A stretch of 64,000 bases of DNA from Saprospiraceae bacterium (lineage in GTDB: Bacteria > Bacteroidota > Bacteroidia > Chitinophagales > Saprospiraceae). The stretch's first letter is position 1. Each line of letters opens with the position of its first letter. Shown here one piece after another: positions 8,501-15,679 of this stretch. The notes below the pieces were generated by a model. It ran no database searches, had not been told where the DNA came from, and was given only the letters and a program-made list of their open reading frames with translations. The stretch covers positions 2,220 to 66,219 of the forward strand of contig JBGAJY010000005.1 of the NCBI GenBank assembly GCA_044224705.1, written 5' to 3'. A program made the translations under genes and the position numbers.

Positions 8501-10964
8501 TCGCAACGCAGCCAAACACAATTGGACAAAATTACTGCACCCGCCTTCGAATCTGATTCTCACTATTGAAATAGATGAGCGCCAAAACCAGCACTACCAT
8601 ATCTGCCGGATATGGACGAACTCCACCAACATGTTGGCGAAGGATGGACTATGGTCTCCGAGGCCTGATTTCGGTTTTACGCAGGAGCAAATACTGGATC
8701 CGGAAAAAGGGCCCAATATTTTGAGCCAAAACCTGAATAAATTCATTGCTGAGAACCTTATAGATAGGGATGGAAGAATGTCGAGAAACAATCTGGGTAT
8801 GGCTGAAATGAAAATCGCAGCCGGATTCCTGTACAAATACGGGCTCTTGGCTATCGGCTCTCTGGACGAAAAAAATCCAGCCCTGTTACACCGGACAAAG
8901 CCGGAATACGGCATTTTCAGGGCTTCCGATATATGGGAAAGAGACGGGAATGAGTTGATTCCCAGATTGGGGTTTAGGTTTAAATTGCTCAAACCGCGGG
9001 AAATCGTTTTTATCACAAACGATAGCCTTCTTGCAAGCAGCATGCAAATCCCTTCGGTGACCTTCGCCGATCTGCCTCGTGAAATTGAGTCAGGTAACCT
9101 CGATTATGAATTCTGCTTGTTACATCTTCGTCTGGAGGACCAGCAATCATCTACCCATCCTCTACTTTCGGATACAAGCCGTAATTTCCTGGGCACATTG
9201 TTCGCTTACCTTATCGAAGTCTTTGGCGGCACTACCGATGACCGCGACCCTGTCGGGACGGATCATCCAGGTGAAATAAAAGTAAGCAACCTCCAGAAAC
9301 TGATGGAGTTTATAGAAGATTACCCTTATCGGTTGATTCTTGTTTATCCCAAAGAGCGCCTTGCTGATTACATAGCGCCGCTTATTGAAAAAATTTATCT
9401 GGGACAAAGTACACGCGAAAACAAGGAGAATACAATCCTTCGGTTCCGGGAGTTTGAAGCCTGGATACAAGGGATGTCTATGAAAACCGATCTCGTGTCT
9501 GCCGAAATGCGAAAAAAGCTGCGTTTTATACAAAAACGAATTTACTGGTGGGACGATGAGTCATTCCGACAGGCCTGTGCCCAAAAAGGAACGGATGGCC
9601 TGACTTCAACGGAGATGTTCAAATTAAGGGTATACCGAACCTGGGTCAAATTATTCGAGGGCAAGGGCTGGAAATATCAATTGTCTGTAATCAACGAGGA
9701 CAAAAGCGACACTTCGGATATGAACATCTTTCAAATGTTTAAAAATGAAAGAACAGCGCTTGTCGAATTGGTTATCGCTTGCCTGGAGCAACAGCGTGCA
9801 TTGTCAAATAATTCCACCTCCTTGTCCGGTAAGCAGAAAATGCAAATCAGGGAGAAACTATCCGGAAACCTGCCCGGTGGCGAAAATAAAATCCGGTCTT
9901 TTTTGGGGGCATGGCTAGACATGATAAAGGAGGACTACCCGTTTGAAAAAAAGAATAGCGTGGTCAGCATTTTATATGACTACCTCGAGGATCGGATCAA
10001 GCATTTGTCCAGATCGGTTTCGACGGTGCCAATCTGCCTCCGACCCGGAAATAAGCCTTTTGATGAGAAATTCTTTGGCAAGGACATCAAATGGGATGAG
10101 GATATGCTCGAATCTGGCCGCCAATATTCTTCGGATCGGATAAAAACAATCTGCTATAAAAGGCATAGTTCGGAAGACAAGGGAAGTCATGTGTACTTTG
10201 AGCACCTGACGGGCAGTAAAATATCCTATGCATTATTCCAGCATTTGCCGGAATCGACCTACCTGAAGCGGAAATTTCAGATGCAGCTGGTTGAAAATGC
10301 CCTGATGACCGTACTCATTTTGGATGAGCGCATCCTGCATTTTGTCAACGATGAAGAATTTCGAAATGCAACCTATTTCAACCAGGTCAATATTGCTATC
10401 GTGCGGTATATCACAAAAGGCAATCAGACTGTTTTCCCTCAAAAAAGCGCGGTTGAATTTAAAAACGACAGCCAGAAGAAACTTGTTGATATCTACATAC
10501 AGGTTAAAAAAAGAGAAGACCACAAACGAAACAGGCCTGAAGGCAGGAATACCAAGTCCAGGAAGCCGCGTTTGCGGACCGACCATCTGCACACCGAGCC
10601 TGTCGATCTGGATCACTTTCATTTGTTTTTTGAATTGCCTGAAAATACCTTGATGCCGGGCAGCGATAACGACAAATTCCGTATTTCAACCATCATTCTG
10701 CACCATACTTTGCTGGAGAGCCTGTGCGAAAAGGATAAAACCCAAATGGATAATTTTATCAATGCGCTGAAATTGCAAATTCCAAGTGTCATGATCACTT
10801 CCGGGCGCGGAAGGCCTCAAAACTTGCCCGAGCTGGCTCGTTATCTCCCTTTTTCGCACCTGGAAAGCCATTTGCTCCAAAAATACCCGGACAAGTTGCT
10901 GTTCAGCCAGGCTATTTTCAAGGCTTTGCATTGGAAATGGTACCACGAAACCCACGAAAGTTAA
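5580..10964 (+). CDS. Island gene A: giant 1794-aa multidomain protein of unknown function (degenerate class-I methyltransferase-like N-terminus, histidine-kinase-like H-box/N-box core, pseudo-receiver-like C-terminus)
   Basis: Uninterrupted 5.4-kb ORF. aa ~40-165: 'VIEVLFIGEI...FDLIVCCFELHFCLNWRWALFKLLERLKEGGSFLFVD', a Rossmann MTase pattern without GxGxG. aa 713-727: 'FARNGSHGLGSHVLP' (compare HisKA FxxNxSHELRTPL). aa 969-981: 'ILENAIRNAAKHN' (HK-type N-box), followed by 'NNLGMAEMKIAAGFL' and 'GFRFKLLKP'. No canonical DxGxG G1 box and no Walker A. aa ~1576-1794: 'VLILDER..IILHHT..VMITSGRG..YLPF'. Sampled 60-nt lines hand-count to ~38-42% GC. Confidence refers to the region being coding, not to function. 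Confidence 0.85.
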   Translation: MTLPPDFYTFPDGRERIGREIAQRLSFNRNKSTAESTKTDKSVIEVLFIGEIFKEDLFYSWVDRLPDSIQKVRVTTIFNKYSFYSHGKVVHPSERVIEINQEIIEGYLDDDNFFKQLPFSHFDLIVCCFELHFCLNWRWALFKLLERLKEGGSFLFVDITEDFEFFDGNFKNKNSDVRFLDKGSDLLPLDAFKRFMMKFDELRSEYFYWKPAISTSNYQVLAEQIDPFFQEVQRLGDEDITEEKSRRFRNTATYELSIEQVLDWLKTKADNKVPLSYLRMGLSYDNRIKIAYDLEDWMKQNPDMRGKEKVTFKIEKGLRVYLASGLITEKLMGFNGWSYKSFPKDIQSINDSNIGSLARKALDLMISHGFFIPDRTLYAAVLSWQDDHEGWDYPIHLILNEKLNYEEDPERNFIGRTVQSSQLADRRMRSRFARLILLEKKQKYSGLKSLFKTLPYKFQVVIRLSKHPELEYKADKFALIEDEGLVPQNAIRYRLNFDSKNQIKRLTILLHSDFNAVRENKVDLKGYEEKLNQPGPFEDLISVPIKPGLLRRYVITDQFADFVKSFDGGESENVESELIGKPILYQDNDDRQRLMQALRLDENGFEQLLRALDVIKKFQLREPGFQLSLFPSGVIQQKSDLVKGLGGILIYEKTDPLALGTESDEEQAYLELIFSRNRAIVEANNLIFYKVGIVNAHQHNFKKLALQAAIANVFARNGSHGLGSHVLPAVAALATSSLKDDQILFSYIQQRLDFIAQATAGFPRWTYPSWLIKDVLSRYFKQKHLLSNLAASENLGAFEYDNGEQYSKIQFVIRKRQMIPLGADEDIPKEEDWNHFAAKKMLDDKLENTVYATLEDKFYGIVVRMTLAESGEVNYGAVDILFHNSAITCLLTKPAEKIYQPGDRLLIQGTLHRDLSDPDHPKYWFNDGRIIAESKITELIDEKGGGVLSEDVQVAIPGGIVGYQAFYSILENAIRNAAKHNWTKLLHPPSNLILTIEIDERQNQHYHICRIWTNSTNMLAKDGLWSPRPDFGFTQEQILDPEKGPNILSQNLNKFIAENLIDRDGRMSRNNLGMAEMKIAAGFLYKYGLLAIGSLDEKNPALLHRTKPEYGIFRASDIWERDGNELIPRLGFRFKLLKPREIVFITNDSLLASSMQIPSVTFADLPREIESGNLDYEFCLLHLRLEDQQSSTHPLLSDTSRNFLGTLFAYLIEVFGGTTDDRDPVGTDHPGEIKVSNLQKLMEFIEDYPYRLILVYPKERLADYIAPLIEKIYLGQSTRENKENTILRFREFEAWIQGMSMKTDLVSAEMRKKLRFIQKRIYWWDDESFRQACAQKGTDGLTSTEMFKLRVYRTWVKLFEGKGWKYQLSVINEDKSDTSDMNIFQMFKNERTALVELVIACLEQQRALSNNSTSLSGKQKMQIREKLSGNLPGGENKIRSFLGAWLDMIKEDYPFEKKNSVVSILYDYLEDRIKHLSRSVSTVPICLRPGNKPFDEKFFGKDIKWDEDMLESGRQYSSDRIKTICYKRHSSEDKGSHVYFEHLTGSKISYALFQHLPESTYLKRKFQMQLVENALMTVLILDERILHFVNDEEFRNATYFNQVNIAIVRYITKGNQTVFPQKSAVEFKNDSQKKLVDIYIQVKKREDHKRNRPEGRNTKSRKPRLRTDHLHTEPVDLDHFHLFFELPENTLMPGSDNDKFRISTIILHHTLLESLCEKDKTQMDNFINALKLQIPSVMITSGRGRPQNLPELARYLPFSHLESHLLQKYPDKLLFSQAIFKALHWKWYHETHES

Positions 10965-10971
10965 TCACACG

Positions 10972-11685
10972 ATGTTGCAGCCAGTGTACCTTCTGATCTC
11001 ACGGATTACATCAAGTGCCGAAAAACTGGAAAGCTTTGGAGACTTCTACTCGAACTGGACGCCCGGCAACGACTGGAAAATGCCATGGATCGACCAGCTC
11101 GGCCTTCACAAAGCGGAACACAGCGCATGGCTGGATGGCGTTATGTTGCCGGCTATACCCGAACTGGCTTCCCTTTGGGAAACTATATTAACAACCGGCG
11201 ACGAAAATATCCCGGCCAACTGGTTTGAAGCGTCAGCGTTCGCGCAGTTTTTAGTCAAATTGAGGTCGCACCTCGGAAAAGTACCGGATGATGCAACACC
11301 TGTGCTCCGCGTGCTTGTCCATTTCGGAAATACCGTGAGCCACGTAAAAAAATTCTACAAGCCCCGCCTGCTCCAATATCTGGAGCATCATAATCTGGCT
11401 GGCAGCGTCGAGATATTTCCCTATTCAACAGGTGAAAACTTCGACGGTATCCTATTGAGAGGCAGCGAATTCAATACAAGGCAGGGCGAAGCTGAGCTGA
11501 TTCAAAGCCTGGATGCGGAAATCGGCCGTCTGCTGGAGCATTCTTTCTTTCAGGAAATCAATCAGGAAATGGAAGAAAAAGTAAAAAAACGATTCTTGAA
11601 ACTGGTTTCGGACAAAGCCTCTCCTTCCGATTTGAAAAAAATTCTCAATAGAATCGAGCAGCGCCACAAACGCAAAATCAACTGA
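10972..11685 (+). CDS. Island gene B: 237-aa hypothetical protein, no recognisable motif
   Basis: ATG lies 7 nt after the gene A stop. No signal peptide or TM segment. C-terminus is helical and charged (EEKVKKRFLKLV...RHKRKIN). Confidence 0.7.
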   Translation: MLQPVYLLISRITSSAEKLESFGDFYSNWTPGNDWKMPWIDQLGLHKAEHSAWLDGVMLPAIPELASLWETILTTGDENIPANWFEASAFAQFLVKLRSHLGKVPDDATPVLRVLVHFGNTVSHVKKFYKPRLLQYLEHHNLAGSVEIFPYSTGENFDGILLRGSEFNTRQGEAELIQSLDAEIGRLLEHSFFQEINQEMEEKVKKRFLKLVSDKASPSDLKKILNRIEQRHKRKIN

Positions 11686-11689
11686 TCCG

Positions 11690-13450
11690 ATGAGCGCCCT
11701 TCTTTACCACGTACAACCGCTCCTGAGCACCAATGCCGCAGAAAACTATCTGGGCATTGCAGGAAGTCCGACTGATGAGAACCTGAAAGAAGTTGCGGCG
11801 GAGATCAGCAGACGCCTCAAAGAAGACGGCAGGTTTGAGCCCAACGCTGATGCCCCGCAGATTGTGCTTTTGCTGGCCCCCGCTGGCGATATCAGGAAAG
11901 AAGTAATCGATGCCCTGGCTGAAAAAACCCGGGAACGTGTCATACAAGCGATTGAAAGTAAGCCGGGCAAGGGTGCCGCAGCCGAAAATTCCCGGCATCT
12001 TGTCCCTGTGCTGACCGTAGGTTTGATCGACTGGATGGACGACTACAGGCCGAGGATAAAAAACGGAAAAAATACCATTCAAAATTTGTCCATGGGCAAC
12101 CCTTATGCCCGGCATGGCGATTTCGACCCGCGCTACCGGTTTTTGAACAGTAATATCTGGTTTCGGTACGCTCCTGTCATATTTCCCAAAAACGCCCCTG
12201 ATAATGACGGGCTGGATGCAGTGCGCTACGCCTTGAAAGAGGTTTCGAGGTTTTACAGAGAAGGCGCCTACGACACCAAAGTCGCCCATGAGTTCCTGGA
12301 ACTGCAGTTGCGCCTTTTGCTGCAATCCCACCTACGGGTTGGCAGCACCCATTCCAAGGTGGTTCCTTTTGCATTTTATTCGGATACTATCCTCTACAGC
12401 GAAGCATTAAAAGAACTGCGGTACCTCGAAGGCATCAAATGGAGAATTCTCATCGTAGACGACCAGGCGGAGGAGGCTATTGAACGCCTGGAAACTACTT
12501 GTCCTTCGCCTGAAAACGCCATCCAGTCAGAAGGCCAGCCGGACGCGATGAGCAAAAGACAGTTCGTTCAAAAACACCTGGAAGCTATCGTTCAAGACGC
12601 GAATGGGACTACCCGCGAGATTCAATCCGACAACTTTCTATGGTGTTGTCGATCCACGCTGGCCGAAGGGTTCGAGGCCGTTGTCAACCAGCCGGAAATT
12701 CATTATGATGTGATTATGCTGGATTACTTTTTTAAAGGGGAAAGATCTGGCCGGCAAAATCAGAGCGGCTTCAGCGACGACAAATCCGGGGAGCAATTAA
12801 TCGCGGAAATCGTTCAGCAGTTGCGAAAAAAAGACACCGACAGCCGGCAACTCCTGGGGCCCTTGAACAAACTTTTCTTTTTTTCCATATCCGCGTACGG
12901 ATCCGCCCTTGAAGAAAAACTGCAGCATCTCGCCATCCCGCAAAACGATCGAAAGTGGCTTTTTTCGCAGGGCGGGCACCCGATCTGTACGCCTTATTTG
13001 TTCCTGTTCCGGTTCTTTTCCCTGCTCCGGCAACAGGTGGAGGAAGTGGCGGAAATCGACTTGTCCAAGGCGGGCAGCGCACCCCAGTCCAAACTGGCCA
13101 TTCTGCTAAAAAAACTCACTTCCGATGGAAACTTTGACCCCCAAAAAGCCCTGGATCTGTTTCCCTCTTTTGTTGAACTGGGCGCAACTTTTAAAAGACT
13201 TTCCAATTTCAGGAAACAAAGTGTATTTGCCGACTCTGCCCTGAACCGGTACTTTTTTGGATTAACCATCGAACATTGGAACAGGTTGCAGCACCTGATT
13301 TATCTGCTGACCTACGGCACGGAACAGGAATACTGGGAAATGCGTGAAGAGTGGAAACACCTGAACCAGCTGGCCGAATTCAGCGCCGGCAACAACCACG
13401 CTTTGAATGTCATCGGCACATACATAGCCGATCTAAATATACGATCATGA
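11690..13450 (+). CDS. Island gene C: 586-aa protein with a central receiver (CheY/REC)-like domain
   Basis: ATG lies 4 nt after the gene B stop. aa ~250-440 follow the REC pattern: 'RILIVDDQ' (D257, D258), 'YDVIMLDYFF' (D345), 'LFFFSISAYGS', 'WLFSQGGHP'. The flanking N- and C-terminal regions have no recognisable motif. Confidence 0.8.
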   Translation: MSALLYHVQPLLSTNAAENYLGIAGSPTDENLKEVAAEISRRLKEDGRFEPNADAPQIVLLLAPAGDIRKEVIDALAEKTRERVIQAIESKPGKGAAAENSRHLVPVLTVGLIDWMDDYRPRIKNGKNTIQNLSMGNPYARHGDFDPRYRFLNSNIWFRYAPVIFPKNAPDNDGLDAVRYALKEVSRFYREGAYDTKVAHEFLELQLRLLLQSHLRVGSTHSKVVPFAFYSDTILYSEALKELRYLEGIKWRILIVDDQAEEAIERLETTCPSPENAIQSEGQPDAMSKRQFVQKHLEAIVQDANGTTREIQSDNFLWCCRSTLAEGFEAVVNQPEIHYDVIMLDYFFKGERSGRQNQSGFSDDKSGEQLIAEIVQQLRKKDTDSRQLLGPLNKLFFFSISAYGSALEEKLQHLAIPQNDRKWLFSQGGHPICTPYLFLFRFFSLLRQQVEEVAEIDLSKAGSAPQSKLAILLKKLTSDGNFDPQKALDLFPSFVELGATFKRLSNFRKQSVFADSALNRYFFGLTIEHWNRLQHLIYLLTYGTEQEYWEMREEWKHLNQLAEFSAGNNHALNVIGTYIADLNIRS

Positions 13451-15612
13451 ACACTGGGTACTGGTTTTTTCCCGATACAGTTATCCTTTCCGAATCCAGA
13501 CATTCTGTGTTTCGCTACAAGCGCGTGTCGATAACGGAAGAACATTCGACCAGCCTGGATTTTCCGGTCTATGTCGCTCTCGAACCCGACCAGATCAGGT
13601 TTTTTTTCGATGGCAACGAGCCTGGAAACAACAGGCACCATCATTACTGTGTATTGTCTTTGCCGTTGAAGCGACCGGAAGAAGTAGAAAGCAACCTCGC
13701 GTCGGCTTTGCGGGAAGAAATACGCGTTGACCCGGAATCGTACCGCCACATCCTGCCCGGGGATGCAGATCAAACCCAATCCTATTCGTATCTCCACAAT
13801 ACCCTGCCGACCAATGCATACCCTGTAACACACCAGTTGTTTCAGACAAAGATGGGCTCCTGGCAACAGGAAACCCTGCCCATTTGGGTGCTGCTGCTCG
13901 ATTTTTTGTTCGACCTCCGGCATTCGACAGTATTTCAGCGTTATCCGGCCTTCAATGAACTGCTCAATACACTGGAGGCCGATCCCTTGCTGCATGCCCT
14001 GCTGAAAAAATGCGAGTACTACTACTGCCAACTGCGCTATCAGGAAGACAAAACGGCCTGGAATAATGCCGATAATACCTTCAAACCATTCAAATCAAAA
14101 TTGTTGCACGCCAGTTCCAACGAACTTCAGGAGGCTGAGAAAAAGTGGCTGCATTTTATTCTTCGCGATCAGGATAACCACCCTCCCGAATTCGGAGAAG
14201 GATGGCTCTATCCGTCGGAACAGGAGCTGAGGGCTGTGCTGTTCAATGATGATATACATAAAAAGCATATTTTCGATCGCAGCATAATTAAACGCGTTTG
14301 TAATAAATGGCCTCCTCAAAACAAGAAAGTGTTCTGGCGCAGCGAATGGATAGTAGATCACATGAACCTGGTGTCAAATGGCGAAGAGCAAATTCATCCT
14401 CGGCAAACCAGGGAAGAAGTCTACCGGTTTTTCATCAGTCGGTTCGGCCTGTTTGCCGCTTGGCGGTTTTTTGTTTTGAACCTGAGTTGGGGCTGGATTT
14501 TTTATGTGTTGCTTATAGCGCTGATTGTATTGGAGGTTTGGTTTGGTCTGAACGATGAACTATTTGGTCTTTTTGCCTTGCCAGGTGCGTTTTTTGGACT
14601 TCTTATTCCGTTTGTTGCCTTTGTTCGGGTGGTTGCCCGTTATGCTTTTAAGTTAGCGCGCCGCATTTTGAACTGGATTGAACCCGGGATTATCCGTGAT
14701 TGGAAACAAGCCGAATCTTACAGCTTCGCCCTCGCATTGCCCAACCTGACACTGGGCATACTGGGCGGCTGGTTCGCTTTGATGCCATTTGCCGAGGAGG
14801 CCTGGGCTTTGAACCTCAGCGTTTCGGACACTGCTGTCACGATCGGATTTATAGGGCTGATGTCATTTTCGTTAATGGTAATTTTCAACACAATCAAGAC
14901 GTTAGTGCCCACGCTTCCCGGGTTCATTTCAGTGATACGAAGTTCAAGCGTACTGTTTGCCGGAATCAGTTTTTCACTTTGTTGCGGGTTAGGTACAATG
15001 GGCTTGCTGGGGCAAAGTGTATTCAACGACCCGCTCAAGTTTCTGCCGCATGAAAGACAGGCGGACAAATTGAACGATTTGAATGCAATGAAGGACAGTA
15101 TTTATTCGGTGATATTCATGCTCGAGGAGATGAAAGACTATTTGCACTCCCAACCGGATTCCATTCAGGCGGCAATATGCGAAACCGCTATTCAAGACGC
15201 GGATAACGAGGTTTGTTCACTGTACGCCAAATTCCTGCCACAGGAAAATCATTTTTGTGGCGGATTGGCACCCGCCATCAATAAATACTGGAATGATGCA
15301 AAAACCTCTGCAAATCCTGACTCAACGCTCTGTTTATGCATCTATACCTGTAAGCAGACATGGGATGCAGCATACGATCGGCAGAGAAAAGTTTATGCCC
15401 ATGATTTGATCCGTTCATTAGAAGAGCAGGAATCGTTCTGGCTTTGCCCCAACAGTCTCGATTGCCTCCATTTCCCGGTAAGGGGCAACAACCACAACCA
15501 CTGTATTTTCTTCTTCCCCCGCCTCCTCCTGATTTATTCCGCCATCACGTTTTTCATCGGCTTCTTCATACAGGTGACCATCCAACGGCTGGGCTACAAC
15601 CAACCGGTCTGA
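13447..15612 (+). CDS. Island gene D: 721-aa polytopic membrane protein with a Cys-rich loop
   Basis: ATG 13447 overlaps the gene C stop (ATGA at 13447-13450). About 330-aa soluble N-terminus. At least 6 hydrophobic helices (e.g. WGWIFYVLLIALIVLEVWF, LFALPGAFFGLLIPFVAFV, LTLGILGGWFALMPF, VTIGFIGLMSFSLMVIF, VLFAGISFSLCCGLGTMGLLG). A ~150-aa loop with 10 Cys, then a final helix LLLIYSAITFFIGFFIQV. The track start 13351 is an in-frame extension inside gene C. Confidence 0.8.
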   Translation: MNTGYWFFPDTVILSESRHSVFRYKRVSITEEHSTSLDFPVYVALEPDQIRFFFDGNEPGNNRHHHYCVLSLPLKRPEEVESNLASALREEIRVDPESYRHILPGDADQTQSYSYLHNTLPTNAYPVTHQLFQTKMGSWQQETLPIWVLLLDFLFDLRHSTVFQRYPAFNELLNTLEADPLLHALLKKCEYYYCQLRYQEDKTAWNNADNTFKPFKSKLLHASSNELQEAEKKWLHFILRDQDNHPPEFGEGWLYPSEQELRAVLFNDDIHKKHIFDRSIIKRVCNKWPPQNKKVFWRSEWIVDHMNLVSNGEEQIHPRQTREEVYRFFISRFGLFAAWRFFVLNLSWGWIFYVLLIALIVLEVWFGLNDELFGLFALPGAFFGLLIPFVAFVRVVARYAFKLARRILNWIEPGIIRDWKQAESYSFALALPNLTLGILGGWFALMPFAEEAWALNLSVSDTAVTIGFIGLMSFSLMVIFNTIKTLVPTLPGFISVIRSSSVLFAGISFSLCCGLGTMGLLGQSVFNDPLKFLPHERQADKLNDLNAMKDSIYSVIFMLEEMKDYLHSQPDSIQAAICETAIQDADNEVCSLYAKFLPQENHFCGGLAPAINKYWNDAKTSANPDSTLCLCIYTCKQTWDAAYDRQRKVYAHDLIRSLEEQESFWLCPNSLDCLHFPVRGNNHNHCIFFFPRLLLIYSAITFFIGFFIQVTIQRLGYNQPV

Positions 15613-15621
15613 TAAGAAAAA

Positions 15622-15655
15622 CGGCTGGGCTAGGGTTTGATCCCCGACCCAGCCG
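15622..15655. terminator. Stem-loop between convergent genes (island gene D / phosphohexomutase)
   Basis: CGGCTGGG (15622-15629) pairs with CCCAGCCG (15648-15655) around an 18-nt loop. It lies 10 nt after the gene D stop and 25 nt after the convergent gene's stop. The T-tract is weak. Confidence 0.5.
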
Positions 15656-15679
15656 CTCAAAAATTATTTCCTGTGCCCA

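Noticed and set aside
5580-10964. The giant ORF as a helicase/ATPase of a known large-protein defence system (Druantia-, DISARM- or BREX-like).
   Set aside because: I found no Walker A (GxxxxGK[ST]), DEAD/DExH, PglZ or phospholipase-D motif anywhere in the 1794 aa. The only nucleotide-binding signature is an HK-type N-box.
13351-13446. The upstream extension of island gene D given by the ORF track (start 13351).
   Set aside because: The extension lies entirely inside gene C in another frame and is Arg/His-rich nonsense. ATG 13447 forms a classic ATGA stop/start overlap with gene C.
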